From Strigamia acuminata (taxonomy: Eukaryota), in the NCBI GenBank assembly GCA_949358305.1, contig OX442314.1:29388001-29452000 (forward strand): a DNA stretch of 64,000 bases, written 5' to 3'. The notes under the pieces are model-generated. The model had not been told where the DNA came from. It was given only the letters and a program-made list of their open reading frames with translations, and made no database searches. The position numbers and the translations under genes were made by a program. This document shows, one piece after another, positions 32,906-45,336 of the stretch; position 1 is the first letter of the stretch, and each line of letters starts with the position of its first letter.

Positions 32906-33675
32906 AAATAAAAAAAGGGAAAACAAAACAAAAAAAAAAAAAACCAAGTGTAATCCGGTGTAAATCTATCTTTACTACCTATTTTGTTTAAAAAACTATT
33001 TTTCCCTTCATTCTAAATTTATTCATCCTAATTTTTATGTTTTATGTTATTTTATGTTTTCTTTATATTTTATATTTAATGTTTTGTGTTATGTATTTTA
33101 TGTTTATACTCGGTCACTCGAAAATAACTAAGTCCATTTCAATCAGGGACTATTTGTGTCACCAGAGTGCGCGATGCCAATTAACCTCTAAACAATAGCA
33201 CGTGGCTATTTCCACAATTCATTTAAATTATTCAATTAATATAATTTATGCGCACTTTATTTAAATTAATATTCTGTGCTCCGAATTATTACTTGTTTAT
33301 CTCACCATCTTTATTTAATCATTTTAAAACAAGAGTTTTGAGCAAAGACAACCTTCGTTAACTTCCGAATTCCAACACTGAATGTCGCCCTTCTATTGTA
33401 ATTAGTTAGTGTTTAACCTCGAACCTGACTTTATTACATGTGCGAGTTTTCAATCGTTCATCGAAGCTTCTCGAAGCAAGGTTTTACGACTTGTTACATT
33501 CCTAGGAGTATTCTTTAGTCCTCGTTGTTTGTTCCGTTCTGTGCGCGTTCGTGTTGTTGCGCTTTGTAATTGTGAGTATCGTTTGTCAAACGTATTATTC
33601 GTTCTGTGTATTTATATAAGCATTGCCTCCACCAACTTAGGCGCATTATATTATTCAACATATATCGAAACCAAC

Positions 33676-36447
33676 ATGGCGTTTTGTAATGAAGACTTCC
33701 CGGGAAGGAAATACCCTAAAAACTATCGAACACCGCCTTTACATGCGGCGGGTCCACCGAAGTTTCCACACAACCATCCCGACGATCCACTCGATGCTGG
33801 ATTCCCCAACTACGAGATATGTCCGGTATGCTCTGGTTACGGTAAAGAGATTGACCCGCCGAGGCCTGAATGCAAGTGCCGGGCGTGTGATGGTCGAGGG
33901 GACTTACGGCGCAATTTACACATCGTTTGGATGCGCCAAATCTACGGTTGGGTGTTGAGGAGATATGAACAGGACCATGTGATTATCGTGAGTGTTACTT
34001 ATCCGCCATTCCGTCCACTAAACGGTAGTCCGGTGTCGATCCAGAGGTTCCGGACGATTCACTTCTGGTATTGGCACCGGGCGCAACGGGTTGCGCATAC
34101 AAATCGCATTACACCACGACAATGGATCTATCCGATGGCGGAAGTGGTACAACTCTTATATATTCAAGTGCCAAATTTACTCCAAGACGAGGTGGAAGGT
34201 TTAGCCCCCATGTTAAGGGAACAACATCTCGTCGACCAGATGCAATCCGCGACAATTCGCTATTTCCACCCATTTCCAGGGGATGCCTCGATGATGAGCG
34301 AGCAGGTGGAATTGGTTGCGGAAACACAAGGCGCCATGGACACCATAGATACGAATGATCAGTCGGTATTGCCCTATTTTACAGGAAATCGTCCTCCATG
34401 TTCAATCAACCGACGGGAGGATCGTACGGAGAAGCTTGCACAAAAGGTATTGGGTAAAATCGAGGACACGAAAATGCCTTTGCGACGTGACGAGACCAAG
34501 GACACCGATACGACCCGATATCGTCCACAGCCATCCGAGGAGACCCTTGCGCAAGCAACAGCGCAGCTGGCCGGTTTATCCATCGATAATAACGGGGATG
34601 ATGAGGACGACGACGATTCCATGTTTACGAGTGTATCTACCCATTTTGATTTAGTTACGGCTACTAAAAATGAGAACTCAGATCCGCCCTGTGATTTGCG
34701 CTATTATTCTGGCCGTTCTACGCTGGGGAATGTGACTGAAAAAGAAATGGCGGAACTAACTCGTGCACATAATGAAGCAATCGCCCAGTGTCGCTCCAGC
34801 ACTCCTCCAGTTCGGGACAGCGAATCAAGTTTCAGTGTAACCCCGTCCATTTGTGGAGTGGCTCATGAGATTTTTGCAGAAACACCGACTGCGCAGGTCC
34901 AAGATGTCCGGAAGTTGGAGCGGAAAATAGCCGATCCACGGTTGTCCAATGTTTCATCCATGCAGCAACCCCGCGGACCACCACTCAGTGCACGACTCCC
35001 TCCAGCGATGCGGGAACGATTTGCGCAATCGCCACAGAACGCGAATTTATCCGCATCATCTTTAAAATCAACTAATAATAATAATCTCAATTCCAACACA
35101 GGTGCCCGACCGAAGCTTTTAGCAAAGAAGAATATTCTCGTGACAACTGCGAGCGCTACTTCCACCACGGTGACGGCGGATAGGGCAACAGAGGCTCCCT
35201 CGTGTTCAACAACGAAGATTTCGAACATTCCAGTGTCGACGCCTGGACCCATCACCTATGCGCAGTTACCATCGCGCAATGTTTCCACGACTACAAGGGC
35301 CGCTTCCACGCCAAGTACGATTTCGGTCTCTTCTAGTCAGACTTCGACGCCGCCCCCTCGAGTGGCTCCTACCGAAGCCAGCACGACTATTGCCTCCGAT
35401 GGGGCACAGGCTCTTGGAGACATTGCCTCTCATTGCGATCTGGCAGTTGACCGATACGGCGTAACAACAAAACCGGTAAATTCTCTAGAACTAATTCCTG
35501 ATTTATTAGATGAATTCGAAGTCGAGGTCTGCGTAAAGGGGCCAGAAGTGTCTAAGACTCGATTTCATATGGAACGTAAAGGGTGGATTGCGCTTTTGGA
35601 ACATATGATGGACAAAGATTTTGAGATACTTCGTGTGGATTTCCGTCACATTCATGGTCAGATGAAGACTCGCATTCGCGATATGGCTGCTCAAGTATTG
35701 AGGCGGATGTCGGAATGCGATATCTACGATCATGATGGCGTTCTGGAGCAGTTAATTTGGATCATGCATGAGGAGATCTCGCGCATGATCTATCACATTC
35801 GGCGCCGTCGTGACTACGAGCAAATGACCACCGAGCAACGTCAACGGGAGTACGAGCAGAAACATGCGGCGGAAAAAGCACGCGTTGCCGAGATCCATCG
35901 TGTTGAGGAGGAAAAGAAAGCGATCCAGGAAGCTAAGGAAGCGGAAGAAAAGCGATGCGCTGAGGAAACTCGTTTAAACGAATTGCGAGAGATGCTTCAA
36001 ACTTCAGCTCACCATCACGAATTTGCGCCATCCATTCCACCAGGTCCGGGTTTCTCGGGTTGGGATAATGCCTCACCCACAATTACTTTGGAACTTTTGC
36101 CTAGCTTGATGTCTCCAGCGGCTATCATCTGCAACTTCGCTAACGGTCGAGGTGAGTGCCTTCAATTTGGAATGTCAACACAAGCGCAACGACAACTTTT
36201 CCGTTCCCTCGCCGTTGCTGATTTGCGCATGCCCTTGGCCGAGGCAAATCCGTTATTAAATTTATTATATCGACGATATGGGGAGTTATTTCTCGACCAT
36301 TGTCGGAACGAGATTAACCGACGAGGTGCAGTTAACTTCCACGATGCGCAGCGCATAGTGGTGGAAATTGCGCTTAATATGATTAAATATTTCCGAATTC
36401 CTCGTCATCGCGAAATCTTGGAGAAGGATTTCGAACAACAATCCTAA
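33676..36447 (+). CDS. Accessory ORF3 of the gypsy element, unknown function, 923 aa from the first ATG
   Basis: Uninterrupted ORF between pol and the PPT; CPVCSGYG and CRACDGRG; Ser/Thr/Pro-rich middle; Glu/Lys/Arg coiled-coil; no signal peptide or TM segment. Confidence 0.85.
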   Translation: MAFCNEDFPGRKYPKNYRTPPLHAAGPPKFPHNHPDDPLDAGFPNYEICPVCSGYGKEIDPPRPECKCRACDGRGDLRRNLHIVWMRQIYGWVLRRYEQDHVIIVSVTYPPFRPLNGSPVSIQRFRTIHFWYWHRAQRVAHTNRITPRQWIYPMAEVVQLLYIQVPNLLQDEVEGLAPMLREQHLVDQMQSATIRYFHPFPGDASMMSEQVELVAETQGAMDTIDTNDQSVLPYFTGNRPPCSINRREDRTEKLAQKVLGKIEDTKMPLRRDETKDTDTTRYRPQPSEETLAQATAQLAGLSIDNNGDDEDDDDSMFTSVSTHFDLVTATKNENSDPPCDLRYYSGRSTLGNVTEKEMAELTRAHNEAIAQCRSSTPPVRDSESSFSVTPSICGVAHEIFAETPTAQVQDVRKLERKIADPRLSNVSSMQQPRGPPLSARLPPAMRERFAQSPQNANLSASSLKSTNNNNLNSNTGARPKLLAKKNILVTTASATSTTVTADRATEAPSCSTTKISNIPVSTPGPITYAQLPSRNVSTTTRAASTPSTISVSSSQTSTPPPRVAPTEASTTIASDGAQALGDIASHCDLAVDRYGVTTKPVNSLELIPDLLDEFEVEVCVKGPEVSKTRFHMERKGWIALLEHMMDKDFEILRVDFRHIHGQMKTRIRDMAAQVLRRMSECDIYDHDGVLEQLIWIMHEEISRMIYHIRRRRDYEQMTTEQRQREYEQKHAAEKARVAEIHRVEEEKKAIQEAKEAEEKRCAEETRLNELREMLQTSAHHHEFAPSIPPGPGFSGWDNASPTITLELLPSLMSPAAIICNFANGRGECLQFGMSTQAQRQLFRSLAVADLRMPLAEANPLLNLLYRRYGELFLDHCRNEINRRGAVNFHDAQRIVVEIALNMIKYFRIPRHREILEKDFEQQS

Positions 36448-38264
36448 ACGTGACTTTGTGTGCAGTTTGTTTGCAAATTGAAGTCGGGAGATCGTATTAA
36501 TGGGCGTTTCGTAAAATTCCTCCGCTTCGGCGTTGAGTTGAAGGACTTGATACGAGGATCCTGGTGATTTGCGAAGACTTTGTGCGCACATTAACCTACT
36601 ATTCATCATTATTTTGTGTTTCCATCATATTTTCATCCCGAATTGTGTCCAAAATGCGCCGCCAGATCGTGGATCTCTGGTAAATGCCCTAATAAAACAT
36701 CTCCGCATTTGTGCGTTGAGTTTGGGCTGGCCTGCATTTAAATATCTTCATGGTATCCACAACCAACATTCATCATCATCTTTAAATCTTCATCATTTTT
36801 TCCGCTCCGCCATGCGATTCCATTGATGAGGCGCTCCGTAAAACATCTCTCGAGTTGGAGGACTTGATGGAACGAGCTATGGGCAGCGGTAGAGTGTTGA
36901 TTTGAAGAACAAATAATTATTATTAGTGTTTCATCATAAAGTGTTATTATGTTTTGCGCACGTTTTTCAATTGTGATAATTCTCACTGATAATTTATATT
37001 TTTGTTTAATTATTTTTACGTTTTTAGCGCTTTAGAATCGGACAATTGGATCTTTAGTGCTACCATTATATTTTATTTAAGCGCAATTATGATTCTGATA
37101 ATTTTTCTAGTTATATTATTGAAATATTTATTTTAGTTTAATTATTTTGATATCTTTTTGTGCTATAATCATTCCAGAATTATCTTCATTTAATTATGAT
37201 AATTTCTTCCGAAGTTTAGGAATTTAATTTTGTTTAATTTTTATTTCCATTGTTATTTTAGCGCAATTATTCTGGAATGATCCAAGTTAGTATTCAATGT
37301 TTGAATTTATTTAATGAATGTTTTTTCTATGAATATTTAATATTTAATCAAGATTATTGTGATACTTTTTTGACCCTTCATTTACTTCTGTGATATTTGA
37401 AATCAACGTGTTTAATTCCGTGGCAATACGAGTAGTATTGTGCGCGCGGGTATTTGTTATGTTTTATAATCTTTTATATGTTTCTATTTTTCATTCCAAT
37501 CATAGAATTAATAACCTAAATTATCCTTGCGCAAAGTTTCGCGCATCCATTTAAAAGTTCCTATTAACCTGAAATCATACTTACCTTATGCAGGTTGCAT
37601 AAAGGATGTACCTTACCTTTGTTTTTGTTTGTTTTGCGCAATTACGCGCATCTTATCATAACATAATACCCAATTTGATATTAATAAATCCCATCCTGAT
37701 TCTTGATAATTCTCATGTGTCGGCTCTTTATTTTTGTTTAATTTAAAATTGTTTATTCGATGATTTTTATACGAGAAGCAGAAGTTTGTTTATACAAAAA
37801 AGTAAAAGTGTTTAAAATTTTTATTTCATAAATTGTTTGGGTAAAATGTATAGACTCTCGTCCGTCCTGGGTATCGTCGGCCCCTTTAGGTTTAGTGTTC
37901 GCCCTCCTTGTGTCGTCCCTGTTCGTCTTGTGATTTCGAGTAGAATGATTTAAAATTTACCATTGTGACTTTACAAAAAATCTTAGTTTCAATTTGCTTT
38001 TGAAAGCCATGGTGATTTATTAATTCTTTATCTTTAATAATTTAATTGATTTTTGATATTTAATCTAGTATTGTTTAACTTTTATTTATCATTTTGACAG
38101 AATTGTTAAGTCCTTGCACAGACGTGCATCATTTTTTGTTTAATTTATTTAATTTATTTTTTGAAAATTTGTATAGTTTTTGCGCATGACGCATTATTAT
38201 TGTATGACTTTCCTTGTCTCTTATCCTTTTATTCCCTTCGATAAATCTCGAATAATAAAAGCCT

Positions 38265-38277
38265 AAGGGGGGAGGGA
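38265..38277 (+). promoter_or_regulatory. Polypurine tract
   Basis: AAGGGGGGAGGGA immediately before the 3' LTR. Confidence 0.92.
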
Positions 38278-38949
38278 TGTCACGGGCAGGTTACCCACCC
38301 TTCTTTTTTATTCATTTTTAACTTAGACTGACCCAATCTTAAGTTTTCTTATTTTTTCCCAATCTTTCTTTTCATCTAACATCGATGATTCATCTCTAAA
38401 TATATGCGCAGCTTCATTGCGCGCATCTTATTATTTCCAACAATTAACCTTATTTCACACCTTCCACCCCCTCACCCACTCCAATCGACCTGGTCACATG
38501 ACTCATGTTTACCTGGTCGCTACTTTTATCCATAATCCACACTTCTCATATTTCTCTCAACGAGTTAACACCTCCTAGATTGAATTGAGTTTGTCAATCT
38601 TTATTTTGCGCTTTAATACGCGCACCTCTTAATTTAACACTTAATAGCGCCTCTTTTTGCCCACCTTTTATCCCTTCGCATGCCTGTGACATCCTACGCC
38701 CACCCGCATATGAATATCACTGCGCATACTCATTCTTTTTAAACGTAAAGACCCACAACGTGAGATTGAGCCCGTCGAATATAAATAATGTGTGTTACAG
38801 CGAGTTAGGTTTATTCACCGTCCGATATCCGCATATGACGATGGCACAAACAGAGTAAATCTACGAACTTTGCCCGCTGATTTGCGCTAACATCACCTTG
38901 CGCGTAAATTCAGATCAAATCAATTAAACATCTAAGTTGATTCGTAACA
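38278..38949 (+). repeat. 3' LTR of gypsy element
   Basis: Direct repeat of 24499..25170. Confidence 0.96.
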
Positions 38950-39068
38950 AGACTATTTATTATTTTTAAAGCCAAAGCTATGACACGCGAAGTTGCGCAT
39001 TATGGCAGTACATTGATGCGATGCAGTGAAGCTAATGCGTCGGTGTGATGCGCTGCAGTGAAGCAGGA

Positions 39069-39153
39069 CGAGAATCACTCGAGTCATTTTGCAATAGTTT
39101 TAGAGAAGGCGATTTGCTGTAACGAGCAAGTTTTTTGAGTATGCGTGTTTAAT
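39069..39153 (+). pseudogene. Decayed 3' remnant of an SRPK-like gene
   Basis: GAGAATCA...GCGATTTGCT..CGAGCAAGT..TGCGTGTTTAA matches pieces of 21386..21667. Confidence 0.55.
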
Positions 39154-39300
39154 TTACAAGGTTTTATTCGTTTTTTGTATTTTATTACACATTTTACTGG
39201 ACAATTTGTATTGCATTATTTATCAACATTATTTTTTTTGTAATAATGTACGCATTGTTGAGAATGGAATTCGACGTTTATTTTAAGTTGGACTTATAGA

Positions 39301-41968
39301 ATGGCTCATTTCGTAAGGCGGTTGAGTTTAAGATTGCAGAGCATTCATTTCGGCGAGTACAGACATAGTTTTCACGAACATTCGAAATGGAAAAGTCCTC
39401 ACACGTTTCTCGTAATGATGTGTTTGGCCACTGTCGATCCGTACGATCTGAGTGATCATACCGAAAAATTGTTTGTGAATGGTGGACGTAAGATAAAATC
39501 TCTTCATAATAAAATACAAATCATTACTTTAATAGATTTTTATTTATTTCATTCAGTTGCTTTCGTCTTAATTGAAGCTCTTTTATTATTCCTCGTTGGC
39601 ATTCCCTTAGTTTTTCTGGAAACCCAAATAGGCCAATTTTTTGGTCAATGCAACCTACACGTATTGTACCACATGTGTCCCATAGCAAGTGGTAGCCATC
39701 AACTGTCGCTGCAGATGAGTAGATACCAATTACAACTGTTTTTAATTTCCATTCGTAGGTGTTGCAGTTATTCAGGTGATCAATTTGTACTTATGTTTAA
39801 TCCGGAATACCATCGTTTTGTCTTGGATGATGAATTATTTTCTTGCTTCACTATCTTTCAAGTCTGTCTGGAACTACTGTGGACATAAGTGGAATCGGCA
39901 AAGTGATAATCGTTAATTAGCATTGGTTTCGTACATTCTAAGTATTTGTATTGCAGATTGTTTGACAAAACGTCAGTGGGAATATTGTCTGGAACGAGAT
40001 TCACTGTATTACAATCGTAGCTGTCATTCAATAGAAAGCTTCTGTAGTTACTTTGACATGGAAGAATTTAACAACACGCACTGCGTAGGAGATAAAGAAC
40101 AACAATCCGCATATTCATTATTTATTAGAAATCATTCAAACCCAGGAAGAGATTATTTCACATTTACACTTAAGTATGCTTTATAAATCCAAATTAATGT
40201 GCAATAACCGTTGAATTGGAATTTTGCATATACAGAAGCTCATTGGGCGATGGTATTTCGGATGCATACACTGTTTTAAATTATACAGCAGCATGGCTAA
40301 TTGTTTATTTCTGTGTCCATAATGGACTTCACAAAAATGGCTTATTGGTAAGAACATTTAAAGCACTTAATTAAATCCGTGTTATGTCATAAATTTGTTT
40401 TTTTTTCTAAAAAATTAATGAATAGATATCACACTTTTTTTTTGTTTTCACCACTGTGTTGTGCACAGTAGTTTTAATTGGTTGTGCCATTATTCCTGGT
40501 GGAATGGCGGGTGTAATCAATGCTTTACAAATAAGTGAAATTTCAACTAAATTTCAAGCTTCCATTCAAGAGTTTTCTGTGTGTATTAATACCAAATGAT
40601 ACTATTAGTTGTCTGATCATGACGTAAAGCAAATATTATTTTTCTTTTCATTCCGTTTTTAAAAAAGACTTGGAGTCATGCACTTGCTGGAGTTATTGGC
40701 AGACTCAAAATTGGTCACGGAGTAGTCATATTTTTGGCAAGCATGAACCAATACCACACATCTTTCTTCAAGTATTAAATTTTAAAACGGTTGACCCTTT
40801 TTTAAAAAGACTTATCACACTAGATACGCCGCTTGTTCATCAATTTATGCCAATACATTTAACCTGGCGACTAGTTTTATGGTATACGCACTGGCACATA
40901 CACTCCTTTACGTCGGAATGCCGGGAGAATATCAATTTATGGTCACTAATATCTCGGAACCTTTGTCGACAATCCGTGAAAGTCCGAATTTCATCCACTA
41001 CCAACCATTGGCCCCACTTTGGAGTATGTCTTTCTGTTTTATTTATCTGGTGAAGTCTCTTGGAAACAATGTATAGCGGTGTGTATTTACAATTTCATCT
41101 CTACTCATTTGCTTCACTTTCAGTATATTGTCTTAGAATGCATCGTGATCAGTCTGGTTGATATTATTCCAGTAGATATCAGCAAAACAAACGTAATTTA
41201 TTTTCGCATTATTCTTGTCGTTGTGGGATGGCTTTTGGGATTTTTCTTTTTCATTTCGGTAGCAAGACGGAGTTACATTCACGTTTTGTAGAAATTTAAA
41301 TTAATGTATTGATGTTTTTAGAATCCATATCAGTTGATAAACGATTTATACAGTATGGTTAATTTGGATATTGACATAATAACAACAATTCAAGTACTCA
41401 TATTCACGCTTGTGTATGGTACGTATTTATTTTTTAAAAACTAACATAAAATGTAATTTTTTTGTAAATTTAAAATTAATTAGGTTTCGCTTCAACAATA
41501 AAAAATCGCCATTTTAAAAATTTACTTGATATGACTGGTTGGCATAACGTTCTATATCATTTCTTGCAAATTATTTATTACGCCGTATTACCAGTGGCTA
41601 TAATGGTAATGAAATTAAAATATTTTTTTTTAATTCCTTATTTATTTAAAAATTTAATTCTGTAATAGGTATTTGTCGTGTCGAAACTTATCGAAGGAAC
41701 CCGACTGTTTCCGAACGATACAGTTTGGAAAGCATTTCTGGCTGCTGTACACCTCATTAAAACACCCTTAATAATACTTGGTTTTGCCATGTATAAACTT
41801 TGGAAAGCTGTTAAACACGGCCAGTTATTGACGTCCGTATTTGTGCCAACAAGCACGTGGTTGCCTCAGCCAGTTTTGTCGCACGAACCGTACAAAAGCA
41901 AATACAAACACGGAACATGGAAATATTATGTCGATAACTGGCTGGATAAACTTGGAGTAGAAAAATAA
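39301..41968 (+). CDS. Divergent SLC6-like membrane protein, copy 2, multi-exon
   Basis: Colinear paralog of 21780..24433 with the same splice sites; ends KLGVEK*. Confidence 0.82.
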
Positions 41969-41982
41969 ATTCTAAATAAACT

Positions 41983-42113
41983 ACTTCGTTGTCCTAATAT
42001 CAAAACAGTGGAATTTTTGAGATGCTCACTAGGATGTTAACGAAGCGCGACGATTTGCCCGTGTAGAGCCGTTGATCCAAATGACCGCGCATTGGCACAA
42101 GATGCGTGTTTAA
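41983..42113 (+). pseudogene. Decayed 3' remnant of an SRPK-like gene
   Basis: TTCGTTGTCCTAATATCAAAAC...GATCCAAATGACCGCGC..GGCACAAG..TGCGTGTTTAA aligns by eye to 21491..21667. Confidence 0.75.
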
Positions 42114-42271
42114 TTTACAAGGTTTTACAAGTTTTTGTATATTTTATTATATATTTTATTATATATTTTACTGTACATTTTGTATTGCATTATTTATCAA
42201 CACTATTTTTTTTGTAATAATGTACACATTGTTGAGAATGGAATTCGACGTTTATTTTAAGTTTGACTAGA

Positions 42272-44944
42272 ATGGCTCATTTCGTAAGACGGTTGAGTTT
42301 AAGATTGCAGAGCATTCATTTTGGCGAGTACAGACATAGTTTTCACGAACATTCGAAATGGAAAAGTCCTCACACGTTTCTCGTAATGATGTGTTTGGCC
42401 ACTGTCGATCCGTACGACCTGAGTGGTCATGCTGAGAAAGCGTTTGCGAATGGTGGAGGTAAGATAAAATCTCTTCATAATAAAATACACATCATTAATT
42501 TAATCGATTATTAATTATTTCGTTCAGTGGCTTTCCTCGTAATTGAAACCCTTTTATTATTCCTCGTTGGCATTCCCTTAGTTTTTCTGGAAACTCAAAT
42601 AGGCCAATTTTTTGGTCAATGCAACATACACGTATTGTATCACATGTGTCCCATAGCAAGTGGTAGCCATCAACTATCATTGCAGATGAGTAGATACCAA
42701 AATTACAACTGTTTTTAATTCCATTCGTAGGTGTTGCAATTATTCAAGTGATCAATTTGTACTTATATTTAATCCGAAATACCATCGTTTTATCTTGGAT
42801 GATGAAATATTTTCTTGCTGCACTATCTTTCAAGCCTGTCTGGAACTACTGTGGACATAAGTGGAATCGGCAAAGTGATAATTGTTAATTATTATTGATT
42901 TCATACATTCTAACTATTTGTATTGCAGATTGCATAACAAGAGTTCAATGGGAATATTGTGTGGAACGAGATTCGCTGTATTACAATAATAGCTGTCTTT
43001 CAATAGAAAGCTTCTGTAGCCACTTTGACATGGAAGAATTTAACAGCACGCACTGTGTAGGAAATGTAGGACAAAAATCCGCATATTCATTATTTATTAG
43101 AAATCATTCAAACCCAGGAAGAGATTATTTCACATACGCACTCAAGTATAAATTCGAAATCCAAATTAATGTGCAATAACCGTTGAATTGGAATTTTGCA
43201 TACAGAAGCTCATTGGGCGATGGTATTTCGGATGCATATACTGTTTTAAATTATACAGCAGCATGGCTAATTGTCTATTTCTGTGTCCATAATGGACTTC
43301 ACAAAAACGGCTTATTGGTAAGAACATTTAAATCACTTAATTAAATCCCTGTTATGTCATAATTTTATGTTTTTTTTTTTAAAAAAATTAATGAATAGAT
43401 ATCACACATTTTTTTTGTTTTTACCACTGCGTTGTGCACAGTAGTTTTAATTGGTTGTGCTTTTATTCCTGGTGGAACGATGGGTGTAATGAAAGCTTTA
43501 AAAGCAAATAATTCAACCGTATTTCAAGCTTCTATTCAAAAGTTTTCTGTGTGTATTAATACCAATGTTACAATTAGTTATCTGATTATTCCGTAAAGCA
43601 AATATTTCTTTTCTTTTTATTCCGTTTTTGAAAAAGACTTGGAGTGCTGCACTTGGTGTAGTTATTGGCAGACTCAAAATTGGATACGGAGTAGTCATAT
43701 TTTTGGCAAGCATGAACCAATACCACACATCTTTCTTCAAGTATTAAATTTTAAAATGGTTGAAACCTTTTTTAAAGTGAGTTATCACCCTAGATATGCC
43801 GCTTGTTCATCACTTTATGCCAGTATATTTAACATGGCGACTAGTTTTATGGTATATTCAATGGCAGCTACTTTCCTTTACGTCGGATTGCCGGGAGAAT
43901 ATCCATTAATGCTCAGTAATCTCTCCGAACCTTTGTCAATGATCCGTGAAAGTCCGAATTTCATCCACTACCAACCAATGGCCCCACTTTGGAGTATGTC
44001 TTTCTATGGTATTTATCTCGTGAAGTCTCTAGGAAACAATGTATAGCTGATGTGTATGAACAATTGCATCTATACTAATTTGCTTCACTTGCAGTATATC
44101 GTCTTAGAATGCATCGTGCTCTCTCTGGTTGATATTATTCCAGCAGAAATCAGCAAAACAAACGTATTTTATTTTCGCATTATTCTCGTCGTTGCAGGAT
44201 GGCTTTTGGGATTTTTCTTTTTCATTTCGGTAGCAAGACTGAGTTAAATTCACGTTTTGTAGAAATTTAAATTAATGTATTGATGTTTTTAGAATCCATA
44301 TCAGTTGATTCACGATTTATACAGTATGGTTAATTTGGATATTGACATAATAACAACAATTCAAGTACTCATATTCACGCTTGTGTATGGTAAATTTTTG
44401 TCCTTCTAAAATTATCATAAAATGCAATTACGTAATTTTTTTTAATTTTAATTAATTAGGTTTTGCATCAAAAGTAAAAAATCGCCATTTTAAAAATTTA
44501 CTTGATATGACTGGTTGGCATAACGTTCTATATCATTTCTTGCAAATTATTTATTACGCTGTATTACCAGTGGCTATAATGGTAATTAAATTAAAATATT
44601 TTTTTTAAATTCCGTATTTATTTAAAAATTTAATTCTGTAATAGGTATTTGTCGTGTCGAAACTTATCGAAGGAATCGGACTGTTTCCGAATGATACAGT
44701 TTGGAAAGCATTTCTGGCTGCTGTACACCTCATTAAAACGCCCTTAATAATACTTGGTTTTGCTATGTATAAACTTTGGAAAGCTGTTAAACAGGGCCAG
44801 TTTATGACGTCCGTATTTGTGCCAACAGGCACGTGGTTGCCTCAGCCAGTTTTGTCGCACGAACCGTACAAAAGCAAATACAAACACGGAACATGGAAAT
44901 ATTATGTCGATAACTGGCTGGATAAACTTGGAGTAGAAAAATAA
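42272..44944 (+). CDS. Divergent SLC6-like membrane protein, copy 3, multi-exon
   Basis: Colinear paralog, closest to copy 2. Confidence 0.82.
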
Positions 44945-45336
44945 ATTCTAAATAAAATTGTCAAGGTCGAGTATTAATTTTAAAGCCAAAACAATAATGC
45001 GCGCAGTCGCGCATTACGGCCGTACATCGATGTGATGCAGTGAAGCTAATCCATGAGTTTAATGCGATGCAGTGAAGCTAGTTGAATTATCCGTTTATTT
45101 ACTTCGGTCTACTTCATTACTTTTTTACACAAATCGCAACTGAATATTGGTGCAATTTGTATGATTAAATATATAATATCCTATTTGTTCACTGGGTCAG
45201 CTGTAGTTTCTCAGGTGAATAAAATCAACTTTAAAATAGAATATATGACAATTACAACATATTTTAATTGGATCATTCAGACCTTAATTGGTAGATTCAA
45301 AATCAATAAATAGCAAAATATTAAAATATTGGAAAA

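Larger units (their letters stand above)
24499..38949 (+). mobile_element. Intact Ty3/gypsy LTR retrotransposon (14,451 bp) with three ORFs
   Basis: 672-bp TG...CA LTRs (24499..25170, 38278..38949) with one mismatch seen; 4-bp TSD AGAC (24495..24498, 38950..38953); PBS; PPT; PR-RT-RH-IN order. Confidence 0.97.

Noticed and set aside
33409..33675. Hydrophobic N-terminal extension of ORF3 suggesting an env signal or TM segment
   Set aside because: It starts at a GTG in T-rich sequence that looks non-coding. The first ATG is at 33676, and the rest of the protein lacks env features.
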